The notes under the pieces are model-generated. The model worked only from the letters and a program-made list of their open reading frames with translations, searched no databases and was not told the DNA's origin. 64,000 bases of DNA from Candidatus Poribacteria bacterium (GTDB taxonomy: Bacteria > Poribacteria > WGA-4E > WGA-3G), in assembly GCA_965198235.1 (NCBI GenBank), contig OZ240248.1:96001-160000 (forward strand). The letters are read 5' to 3'. How positions within the stretch are numbered: the first letter of the stretch is position 1; each line of letters opens with the position of its first letter. This document shows, piece after piece, positions 54,902 through 64,000 of this stretch. The position numbers and the translations under genes are program-made.

Positions 54902-56254
54902 ATGAGTTATAAAAGCGTCATGTTTGTTATCGCGGACGATTGGAGCCGCATCGCAAAGTGCTATGGAAATGAGGTTATCCGAACCCCGCACATCGATGCG
55001 TTTGCCGAACGCGGTGTTGTGTTTGACTACGCATTCTGTACCAGCCCCTCGTGCGCCGTGAGTCGCGCCTGTATTCTCACGGGACAGCATAGCCATACAC
55101 ACGGGCAATATGGACACTGCCACGGCATTCACGGATTTCGCACGCACGAATATATGCAATCGGTGCCGAAAATTCTGAAAGCGCACGGATTTGCTACGGC
55201 GTGCATCGGAAAGAAACACGTTGAACCCGAAAGTGTTTACCCTTTCGATTTTGAACCGAAAGTCGATCCCCGAAGTCCTGTGGACACGGCGGCGAAGGTT
55301 ACACAATTTCTCAACGAGAATTCAGATACACCTTTTTATCTCCATATCGGCAGTACGTATCCACATCGTGCTGGCAAAGGATTTGGGAACGACCGGACGC
55401 ACGCTGGCATTCGACCGGGTTCTTATGCGCCAGGTGAAATCATTGTACCGAACTTCCTGCCGGACGTGCCCGCTGTACGTGAAGATCTCGCTGATTATTA
55501 CGAAAGTGTTTCACGGTGGGATACTGTAGTGGGTGCGGTTTTGGAGGCACTTGACGCTTCTGGGCGCACAGATGAAACCCTCGTTTTTGTCACAACCGAT
55601 CACGCAATGCCATTTCCGGGCGCGAAGGCATCCAGTTTTGATAGCGGACACCACTGTCCACTGCTTATCGCCAGCCCAACACAACAGAAACGCGATTTCC
55701 ACAATCAGGCACTCGTCAACTGGGTAGACTTTTGTCCAACAATGTTGGATTGGTGCGGTGTTACACATCCCGATGGCGCAGACGCACTTCCCGGTAGGTC
55801 GCTGCTCACTGTCCTGGAGGACGATAGTCCACACCCCGGTAATAGGGACTGGGAGGAAACGTACTTTTCCCACTGTTTCCATGAAGTGACGAACTATTAT
55901 CCCTATCGCGTGCTGCGCGGCAGACGATATAAGTACGTCCGCAATCTGGCATACCAATTAGAAACTCCACTCCCAAGCGACCTATTCCGTTCAATCTCAT
56001 GGACAGCAGTGCGGAACGACAACGTCCAGCACCTCGGTGAACGACAACGGACCGAATTTCTACAGCAAGGTCGTGAGGCTTTATTTGATATGCAGAACGA
56101 TCCAGCAGAATCGAAAAACCTTATTGACGTGCCAGAGTTACAAGACATTGCTAATGAGATGCGTCAAAAGGTTATCGAATTCAGGCAAAAAACCGAGGAT
56201 CCGTGGCTTGAGCAGTCCTTCCAGGAAGGCGAAACGCAACCTTTTTTCACTTAA
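54902..56254 (+). CDS. Sulfatase (S1 family, sulfamidase-like)
   Basis: IADD, CAVSRACILTG, GKKH, TDHA, FHEVTNYYPYR. Confidence 0.88.
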   Translation: MSYKSVMFVIADDWSRIAKCYGNEVIRTPHIDAFAERGVVFDYAFCTSPSCAVSRACILTGQHSHTHGQYGHCHGIHGFRTHEYMQSVPKILKAHGFATACIGKKHVEPESVYPFDFEPKVDPRSPVDTAAKVTQFLNENSDTPFYLHIGSTYPHRAGKGFGNDRTHAGIRPGSYAPGEIIVPNFLPDVPAVREDLADYYESVSRWDTVVGAVLEALDASGRTDETLVFVTTDHAMPFPGAKASSFDSGHHCPLLIASPTQQKRDFHNQALVNWVDFCPTMLDWCGVTHPDGADALPGRSLLTVLEDDSPHPGNRDWEETYFSHCFHEVTNYYPYRVLRGRRYKYVRNLAYQLETPLPSDLFRSISWTAVRNDNVQHLGERQRTEFLQQGREALFDMQNDPAESKNLIDVPELQDIANEMRQKVIEFRQKTEDPWLEQSFQEGETQPFFT

Positions 56255-56543
56255 TAGCCATCAACTGTCAGCAATCAGAAAGAGACTTTAGTTTAATCAG
56301 GTGAGTTCAGGGCAAGGTTTTAATGGTCTTGGATTTCACATGCGTTCAACTCGATCTACGTTCTCTAAAACCCTTTGTTTATTGTAGGAATGCTACCAAG
56401 CGGAGACGATTTAGTTCTTTGTATTGTAGGTAACACGTACTGCCCGCAACAGAAAACCGTAATTTCCAGCAACTCGGTACCGATCTCGTCAGAAACGACG
56501 ATCTGACAACGGAAGATCGTCACGAAGGCCCATATTTAAAAAT

Positions 56544-57536
56544 ATGCAAAATTACGATTTAGAAGCGATGAATGCCCGCATCCAAGCGGATAGTGGGCTT
56601 ATACAGCAGATTCTCACAGAGACAGGAAAAGTCATCGTTGGGCAGAGCGCGTTGTTAGAGGGATTAGTGATAGGGTTGCTCTGCAACGGGCATATTCTAC
56701 TTGAAGGGGTACCCGGACTCGCAAAGACGACTGCCGTGAGTGCACTTGCGCAGACGATTGACGCTTCTTTCAATCGCCTTCAGTTTACACCCGATCTGCT
56801 ACCCGCCGACCTCGTCGGCACACTCATCTACGACCAACAAAAGGGTGATTTTTACACAAAAAAAGGACCGATTTTCGCCAACGTTATCCTCGCAGATGAG
56901 ATAAATCGTGCCCCCGCCAAAGTGCAAAGTGCCTTACTTGAAGCGATGCAGGAACGTCAGGTAACAATCGGCGGGACTACCTATCCACTTGACAATCCAT
57001 TTCTCGTTCTGGCGACCCAAAACCCGATTGAGCATGAAGGCACCTATCCGCTCCCCGAAGCGCAGGTAGATAGATTTATGCTGAAGATTAAGGTTAACTA
57101 CCCTTCGCATGCAGAGGAATTGCAAATTCTTCGACGGATGACAACCGAAGAGATCTCCACGATTCAACCCGTGATTTCCCCGGAAGATATTATCCGATTC
57201 CGAGAGGTGGTCCGAAACATCTATATGGCAGAGCAGTTGGAGAATTACATTGTCGATTTGGTATGTGCGACGCGCGCACCCGAAGCGTATCAGTTGGATG
57301 AACTCAGCACGTTAATTGAATACGGTGGCTCACCGCGTGCGACCATTTTTCTCGCGTTTGCCGCAAGGGCGCGAGCGTTCCTCTCTCAACGCGGTTACGT
57401 TACCCCTGAAGACATCCACGCAGTCGGCATGGATGTCCTGAGACACAGGGTCATCATCAGCTACGAAGCAGAGGCGGACGGACGCGATGTTGAGAGCATT
57501 ATCTCACAGGTGTTCGCAAAAATTGAAGTGCCTTAA
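56544..57536 (+). CDS. moxR: MoxR family AAA+ ATPase
   Basis: EGVPGLAKT, QFTPDLLPAD, LADEINRAPAKVQSALLEAM, ATQNP. Confidence 0.93.
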   Translation: MQNYDLEAMNARIQADSGLIQQILTETGKVIVGQSALLEGLVIGLLCNGHILLEGVPGLAKTTAVSALAQTIDASFNRLQFTPDLLPADLVGTLIYDQQKGDFYTKKGPIFANVILADEINRAPAKVQSALLEAMQERQVTIGGTTYPLDNPFLVLATQNPIEHEGTYPLPEAQVDRFMLKIKVNYPSHAEELQILRRMTTEEISTIQPVISPEDIIRFREVVRNIYMAEQLENYIVDLVCATRAPEAYQLDELSTLIEYGGSPRATIFLAFAARARAFLSQRGYVTPEDIHAVGMDVLRHRVIISYEAEADGRDVESIISQVFAKIEVP

Positions 57537-57643
57537 AGTCTATCGAATTCATCTATAGTGAGTCCAGCATGCCTCAAAATAGATCGGAGTGTCCCAATCT
57601 TTACTTCAACTCTAAAACACACCGACAACAAACTCGTTGCACA

Positions 57644-58882
57644 TTACTCCTGCGTCTGTCCAGCGACAGCTGATGCCCGTGCACCTACACCAAGCACCGC
57701 CAAAAATCCTTCTGAATCGGCATGGTCAAAGTCGCCAATCGCCTCCATAGATGCGGTCTCTTCAGAGTAGAGCGAATGCGGAGCACCACCTGCGGCATAG
57801 AACGCGACGTTCCCCTTGTAGAGTGCAACTGTAATGGTTCCACTCGCTAAGTTAGTAAGCGGTTCAATAGAAGCCAGCAGGGCTTGCGTCGCAGCATCGA
57901 ACCAGTAACCCTGATAAATCTGTTCCGCAATCGTGGCGGCTACGCCATCAAAGTGTCGGCGCGCCCGTCTATCTAAAATCAGTTGCAGCAGATACTCGTA
58001 ACACTTCCCAAGCAATTCCATCCCCGGAGATTCATAAACGCCACGGCTCTTAATCCCGACGAACCGGTTTTCAACGGTGTGAATGCCGATCCCGACACCA
58101 TTTCGTCCACCGATGCGATTTGCCTCTAATAGACTCTGGAGGGATGTGACAGGGCTTCCGTTAACTTCAACAGGTGTTCCCCGCGCAAAGGTGACCGTAA
58201 AGTGCTCTACATCATCAGGCGCGTCTTTTGGATGGACTCCCATGCCGGGGGTAATAAAACCAGCAGGAGTTTTCAGTGATTCGAGCCGTCCAGCTTCATG
58301 TGTAAGTCCGAGTAGGTTCGCGTCGGTTGAGTAAGGTTTCTCGTGTGTAGCAGTAATAGGTAGGTTATGTGCTTGGCAGAAGTCTATCATCTCTTTCCTG
58401 CCACCGAACACTTTGAGAAAGTTCGGATCTCGCCACGGGGCATAAACAGCAAAGTGTGGATTGAGCATATTGGTAGCGAGTTGAAACCGCACCTGATCGT
58501 TGCCTCTGCCGGTTGCGCCGTGTGTTAATATAGCAATACCGCGCTTTTCCATCTCTGGCAGGAGTGCTTCCACCGTAACATGTCTCGCGATGCCAGTCGT
58601 ATTCCAATACCCACCTTCATACATGGCTTGGCACTGGACGAGGCGGATGCCCGCTTCTGCAAGCGCGTCTTTCGCATCTACAATAATGGCATCTTCGGCA
58701 CCGCATGCCAACATCCGTTCCCGAATTTCGGAAACGTCTCGTTCGTCAGGTTGTCCGAGGTCTGCCGTAAAACAGACGACCTTGACCCCATTATCGACTA
58801 ACCACTTGGTGATAGTACAACTATCCAAGCCACCAGAAACAGCGGCACCCACCGTTTTTCCTTTTAATGTATCAATATTCAA
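57644..58882 (-). CDS. argG: Argininosuccinate synthase
   Basis: SGGLDS, HGATGRGNDQVRF, ENRFVGIKSRGVYESPG. Confidence 0.95.
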   Translation of the reverse strand: MNIDTLKGKTVGAAVSGGLDSCTITKWLVDNGVKVVCFTADLGQPDERDVSEIRERMLACGAEDAIIVDAKDALAEAGIRLVQCQAMYEGGYWNTTGIARHVTVEALLPEMEKRGIAILTHGATGRGNDQVRFQLATNMLNPHFAVYAPWRDPNFLKVFGGRKEMIDFCQAHNLPITATHEKPYSTDANLLGLTHEAGRLESLKTPAGFITPGMGVHPKDAPDDVEHFTVTFARGTPVEVNGSPVTSLQSLLEANRIGGRNGVGIGIHTVENRFVGIKSRGVYESPGMELLGKCYEYLLQLILDRRARRHFDGVAATIAEQIYQGYWFDAATQALLASIEPLTNLASGTITVALYKGNVAFYAAGGAPHSLYSEETASMEAIGDFDHADSEGFLAVLGVGARASAVAGQTQE

Positions 58883-58982
58883 AAGCAGTCTCCAAGGTAT
58901 TGTGTATTAAGTTATGACGGAATTATACCACTTTTTGGTGCAGCTTGCAAATCAATATTGAGACATTGAATAAAAAATAGAT

Positions 58983-59011
58983 TTGACAATTTATCTCATT
59001 TATAGCATAAT
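58983..59011 (+). promoter_or_regulatory. Sigma-70-like promoter
   Basis: TTGACA-17nt-CATAAT, about 190 nt upstream of the 983-aa ORF. Confidence 0.65.
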
Positions 59012-59199
59012 AATCCAAAGGATGCGACGGCACCTGCTCCATCTGAAGCAACCAACCTGAGAGGGGAAGGTAGCGAGACTTTTCTCCCACGCCCTCTCAC
59101 AAACCGCATTAGGTTCGCAATTTTCACACGATTCTCTCAAGTCGTTTCTAAGGTTCGTAAAAACCCAAGAACGTCCATTTTCTACGGAGATTTCCGCAC

Positions 59200-62151
59200 A
59201 TGGAATCTGTGAAGGATATTATCCAACAGTGCCATGAACAGCGACAGAAGGTCATGCAACAGCGGAAGACTATCGTTTCACCTGCTTTGTATGGGAATTA
59301 TTTTTACCATTACACAGTGCATTGTGCGCATCGGTATCCGCTGCTTTTGCATGCGCTTGAACAGGCAGATATTTCGTTTATGCCCATTGGACAGGCACCA
59401 TTCGATCGGGGTCCAGCGTATTGTGGTGGCAATCGTTTCTTAAGACGACAAGGCACACTCGACTGGAGCCCGAGGCGATGGTTTTCGTCATGGGGTATTC
59501 AGATCTATACAGGAACGCCATCTGCGCGCGACGGGGCTAACTGGCATGACATCGAGTTCACCTACAGAGCGATCCGCGACGCGCCTGATGCCGTTGTTGC
59601 ATGTGTGGACGCACTCGTCAACGCTGTTATAAATCCGCTACTCACCTTACTCAAGGGTGGAGGCTTACGGTTTTCGTGTCGAGTGCCGGACTATCTTCAT
59701 CCGAACACAACGGACGCAAGGCAATATATTCATAAGCATCTACCTGACATAGATCATACCCGCGATAGAGATATCTATGTAGACATCGTTGGGGATAAAG
59801 GCTTTACTCGTTGGGATGCCCGCTATGAAATTCTTAAGGGGAGCCTATTAGATCCGCCCATCATTTCTAAAGATGTGCTTTTTGCGTTTCTCGATGTCTT
59901 GCGAGAGTTGCTACATGAACCCGCCCCGGCATCAGAATTAGACACGATAGATGAAGCGATCGTGGATACACAGGATTTCGACGATTTTGCTGTCATAGAA
60001 TCTTTAGAAACAGAGCAAGTTGTAAATGAAAATATCCTTGCGGTGCGACGCGGTGAGCTTTCTCCGACTGGAATCAGACGACCGAAACCTATCCTTGAAA
60101 AACTGGAACGCACTGAGGCGGAGGATGAGAGGAATCTCTTTGAAGGGGAAGAACGCATTCTTGGGCTTGTCACGGGTTTGATAAGTACTGAAAAGAAACG
60201 TGAGATTGAAGCCTCCTTTCTCAATACCGTCCCTATATGTGTCAACTCTAATACCGTTTATGACGCAGAGGACGCACAGCGGTATTACGAGCGACAGGGA
60301 ATTACCGTCGGGCGATGGAAACCGCGAAACTATCGCTGGGAACAGGCGAAGGAGGAACCGCTTGCTGAACGGATGCAGAACCCTTTTGCGCATGGGAACG
60401 TCTGCGAAGATGCTGAAAGATGTGATGCGTTGGAGCAGAAGGGCGGTGATCCGAATAAAAGTATTTGCCCGAGTTGTCCCGTTTATGACGCGTGTCAAGA
60501 GCGCGGGTATCTTTCTCAATTTACTGTGCTACGGGAGAAACAGGTCATCGTATCTGATATTTCTAACCTCTTTTTGGATCGGCAGTATGAGATGTGCATT
60601 GATGCTGTGATTGAATCGGAGCGGCTCTGCATTGTCAACGATTCCGAATCGCAGATTGCGAACCTCTTTTCGGAGTGTCATCTACCGAGAGAGGTTTTGG
60701 AGGGTTGGATTACCCATTGGAACGGCTCTGCTTTAGGACGCTTCGCGAAGACGCTACTCAATGCGATTCGGATCACAGATCGACTTCATGGCGATATTGT
60801 CAAGCGTGTCCGCACAGTCGTTCAGGCATTTGAAGGTTTGGAAGGGGCTCTTATCAGCGAGATGTGTCAGGTGAATTGCCCAATCGAGAGAGATGGTGAT
60901 GAGATTGCCATAAGCATGGATGAAGCGATCCAGTTAGGGATTTTGGATGTATCCACATCCGAAAGCATCAAGAGGTTCCCAACGGTTTCTTGGAACCCGG
61001 ATTGGACATTTTGGCATCAACTGAAATCCTTTTTTTCGCACTACCCTCGCGATACGGACGCGCCTCTGTTTGTTGATGAAGGTGTGTTGAGATTCTGGTT
61101 ACCACCGGTGCTACATCAACGGGTCAAGAAACTTATATTCATGTCACCTTCGGCTTCAGAAAACCATTTAAAGCAAGCGTTCCCGGATGCGTCAGTGGCG
61201 GTGAGAGCGGTTGAGATACTGGAGGCATCGATTCAGGAGAACAGAGTTTTCCAGTTGCGGAGTGCAACACACACCGCACGCGCAATCACGAATTACGATG
61301 TCGATTGGGATGTGTATGGTCTCTCGAAAATCGGGCATCGTTTCTTTCTCAGTATCCATCGTGATATAGAAAAGCACCCAGATCGCAATCATGTTGTTAT
61401 ATCGAGTTTGGGGGCAGTTTCGATGTTAAAAGATGTGTTTGGTGGGAGGGTCCTTACCTACACGGATCTCGTCAGAGACACCTCAGAAGATGTCGCAGAT
61501 GTTGTTTGGGTAGTCGGAACGCCTTACTTTCCTCCGAGTTTTATCTGGGAACAGGCGAAAATATTGTTTGGAAACCAAGTCGAGCCGTTAAGTTATAATC
61601 TGACGATGAACCCTTATCAATTCGAAGATGAACGCATACAAGAACTCTACGAACAGAATGCTATAGGTGTACTGACACAGATTGTCCGTATCGCTGGATT
61701 CAATGAGGCATCAGATAAAACGCTGATTCTCAACACGGCTTTGCGGATACCCTCTGTCACCGACGCGCCAGAGACGGAATTGTTTGATTGGGAAGACTTC
61801 GAGATCGCTGGTGGGTTGGATGAACTTTCAGAGACGATTCGGATACGTGAGGGGTACGAGGCAGAATACGCGAACATGGATGCGTCTTGGAGCCGAAAAC
61901 GCGTTGAATATTTGCTTGGTGTTTCTAAGGCGCAAGCGAACCGCATCTTGATGAGATTGAGGGGTAGTAAACTCGAGCGGATCCCATTTCATGTGCAGAT
62001 TTTCGAGCTGCTCTCGGATGGAGAGAAAACAACATCTGAAATCCTTGAATCAATTCAGGGGAATCCGGGCTCCATTAAAAACGAACTCACCCATCTTGTA
62101 GAAATGGGTGAGATTGTCAGGATCCGGCGCGGTGTTTATGCGTTAGCATAG
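59200..62151 (+). CDS. Large hypothetical protein: Prim-Pol-like N-terminus, Cys cluster, degenerate helicase-like core, C-terminal HTH/wHTH
   Basis: WGIQIYTG...HDIEF...GGGLRF...VDIVG; CEDAERC...CPSCPVYDAC; LIFMSPS; VWVVGTP; C-terminal SIKNELTHLVEMGEIVRIRRGVY. Confidence 0.6.
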   Translation: MESVKDIIQQCHEQRQKVMQQRKTIVSPALYGNYFYHYTVHCAHRYPLLLHALEQADISFMPIGQAPFDRGPAYCGGNRFLRRQGTLDWSPRRWFSSWGIQIYTGTPSARDGANWHDIEFTYRAIRDAPDAVVACVDALVNAVINPLLTLLKGGGLRFSCRVPDYLHPNTTDARQYIHKHLPDIDHTRDRDIYVDIVGDKGFTRWDARYEILKGSLLDPPIISKDVLFAFLDVLRELLHEPAPASELDTIDEAIVDTQDFDDFAVIESLETEQVVNENILAVRRGELSPTGIRRPKPILEKLERTEAEDERNLFEGEERILGLVTGLISTEKKREIEASFLNTVPICVNSNTVYDAEDAQRYYERQGITVGRWKPRNYRWEQAKEEPLAERMQNPFAHGNVCEDAERCDALEQKGGDPNKSICPSCPVYDACQERGYLSQFTVLREKQVIVSDISNLFLDRQYEMCIDAVIESERLCIVNDSESQIANLFSECHLPREVLEGWITHWNGSALGRFAKTLLNAIRITDRLHGDIVKRVRTVVQAFEGLEGALISEMCQVNCPIERDGDEIAISMDEAIQLGILDVSTSESIKRFPTVSWNPDWTFWHQLKSFFSHYPRDTDAPLFVDEGVLRFWLPPVLHQRVKKLIFMSPSASENHLKQAFPDASVAVRAVEILEASIQENRVFQLRSATHTARAITNYDVDWDVYGLSKIGHRFFLSIHRDIEKHPDRNHVVISSLGAVSMLKDVFGGRVLTYTDLVRDTSEDVADVVWVVGTPYFPPSFIWEQAKILFGNQVEPLSYNLTMNPYQFEDERIQELYEQNAIGVLTQIVRIAGFNEASDKTLILNTALRIPSVTDAPETELFDWEDFEIAGGLDELSETIRIREGYEAEYANMDASWSRKRVEYLLGVSKAQANRILMRLRGSKLERIPFHVQIFELLSDGEKTTSEILESIQGNPGSIKNELTHLVEMGEIVRIRRGVYALA

Positions 62152-62254
62152 TCAGGTATCTATCCTTTCAAACCGCATTTTTTGCACAAAATTCATCAAA
62201 AATAAGATTTTTTCATACAAAAATTGCTTTTTTTTACAATTTTTGTATTTTTTC

Positions 62255-62283
62255 TTGCAAAACCGGATTAATTGATGTATAAT
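62255..62283 (+). promoter_or_regulatory. Sigma-70-like promoter with no downstream ORF
   Basis: TTGCAA-17nt-TATAAT after an A/T-rich UP-like tract. Confidence 0.65.
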
Positions 62284-62288
62284 TTAAA

Positions 62289-62422
62289 TATGACTGAAAT
62301 CCATTCATACATCATACGTCATCATGATTTCAGTCATACTCCAAATTCAAAAGGAGATTGGTAGAGCGCAGAGAGGAAAATTCCAGAAGCGCATCCTCTC
62401 TGCCGCTCGCCAACTCCTTCTT
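62289..62422 (+). ncRNA. Candidate structured small RNA (two hairpins)
   Basis: Perfect 13-bp stem 62289-62301/62326-62338 starting at the expected +1; long bulged stem 62351-62419. Confidence 0.45.
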
Positions 62423-62645
62423 CAAGCCACCCCGGCGAATACACTCTCACATGCCCGACAGATAGGAATATTTGTTGCATCCATACTATACTAACCTAAC
62501 CCAAGTTGCTACGGACAAGATTTTAGGTATGCAGATGCCGTTTTTCATCAAAGAGGTCTGCGCAAGCCTCTATAGGAAACCTGCGGGACAATATCCGTAG
62601 AGGTTTGTCGCGTAAACTTTCAGTTTGCGCACGTGTATGCAGAAT

Positions 62646-63827
62646 CTAAAAGATTATGCTACAAAGGTGGGAACTTGGGTTATACAAATAAGCATCTGCA
62701 ATAGTTTCATTCACCGTCTCACGCCACGAATCTTCAAATAGCATCCGGAAAGACATCGTTTTATTATTGGGTGCGGTGATATTCATTGTGCCGTGTGATG
62801 TAGCGTTTCGATATGTTGTTTCTAATGTTTTAATAAGTTGCTGTTTATAGGTGGTATCGTTATTTCCTTCAAGATGTTGCCCTTTAGTTTCAAAGATGCA
62901 GAGCCTTTGCGGTCCCGTTTGACTCCGTTGGATACAGGCGATAAAGTCTGGATAGACGCGGTCACGTCGCCACCCTTGTAAAAAGTACCCCTGCCTCGCA
63001 GCAATGCGGTGCCACCATTCAATCGCGCTCTGTTTGTCTATGTAGAGTGCAAAATCTGTTTCTAAATTGTTGAATTCTGCTTCAAAGACTTGTTCAAATA
63101 GATTAAGTTGTAACGGATCCCCGTGCGGATGCATCATCGGTTTTGCCTCAGGTGTGAGGCTGACCACGAGTGTTCTTTCCAGTTGGTAGTTTAACTCGCT
63201 ATCTGTTTGCAAGTTAAACTGGATCTTTCCGGCTTCCAACTTTTCTTTGAAAACGGTCTCAGCGAGTTTATCAATGCGATCGCGCAAACGACGTTTCAGG
63301 TACTCGGAAAGATACAACCGGTGTGTATACAACGTTTCTTCGTCGACACCTTCTTCACGGTAGGCAGCGAGCGTTGCCTTCACGATGCGTGCGGCGTGCC
63401 AGGGATTTGGAAGTACATCACCCAACCGCCGGACGAAAAATGCTACCTCCAAGTTGTGTGCCGCACTTTCTTGCAACTTTTTATCAATCACCGCTTCGTC
63501 TTGGAGATGGATGGTCGCACGGATCTCTTGAAGTTGTGCCGCCTCGCCTAAGTTGATAGGTGCTACCGGACCGAGTTGATGCCAGTCGATTGCACTGAGG
63601 ATGTCGCGCTCATAATTGAGTTCCCGCCAACTTCGTCCTTGCTTATGCAGTACACGCGGCAGAAAGATGTCTATATTGCGATATTCTTGCTTGCGTTCAA
63701 TAGTCCTCTGAACACGTTCCACACCGGCACTTTCAACAAATCCACCAAGCCCGGTTAACCCCTCTGCCTCTAAACCCTTCTTGACATTGCTAACAGCTGC
63801 CCCGACTCCTTGATTGTAGCAGAAGAT
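62646..63827 (-). pseudogene. C-terminal part of a type III restriction Res-like helicase-nuclease, interrupted by IS605
   Basis: VYPDFI...IFETKG nuclease motif; frame extends 35 codons past the track start (IFCYNQGVGAAVSNVKKGLEAEGL) up to the IS end. Confidence 0.75.
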
Positions 63828-64000
63828 TTGACATCCTCTCCAGTCTAAAGACTGGAGATTCCTTTTGTCCCTTGTAGAGACATTCCTTGGGTTTAAGCCA
63901 AGGCAACAGGGACTTCCAAACGAAAGCCCAAGGGCGGTGCCATCCGGGTAAAACCCATTGCCGCCACTACAGGGTCGCCTAAACCACCCTGATACTTTCT
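63828..64000 (-). mobile_element. Right end and omegaRNA region of an IS200/IS605 element continuing beyond the window
   Basis: Minus strand ends GAATCTCCAGTCTTTAGACTGGAGAGGATGTCAA, preceded by several stems. Confidence 0.8.

Noticed and set aside
63828-64000. Possible IStron (group I intron-IS chimera) in res
   Set aside because: Element ends in ...GTCAA rather than the terminal G needed for group I splicing; the 5' part is outside the window

Overview
Bacterial chromosomal window. The gene content suggests a sponge symbiont such as Candidatus Poribacteria (inference): several PhyH, Gfo/Idh/MocA, sulfatase, TPR and HEAT genes, a giant secreted lamin-tail protein ending in ...TWGELK, and dense REP-like intergenic palindromes. 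Housekeeping genes are rbsK, birA, trpC, trpD, ftsB, eno, korAB, argG and a CxxxY-type ccm cluster. Accessory elements are two putative type II R-M pairs, an intact IS200/IS605 element (tnpA+tnpB) splitting trpD-trpC, a second IS605-type right end interrupting a type III-like restriction subunit at the window end, and several orphan IS605 ends. Best novelty candidates: (i) a 983-aa Prim-Pol-like/Cys-cluster/helicase-like/wHTH protein with a structured leader and a downstream promoter-driven two-hairpin ncRNA candidate, next to the restriction gene; (ii) a cassette of a double-region-4 ECF sigma, a small HTH protein and a giant surface protein. No rRNA, tRNA or CRISPR array was recognised. All calls come from motif reading, without database searches.
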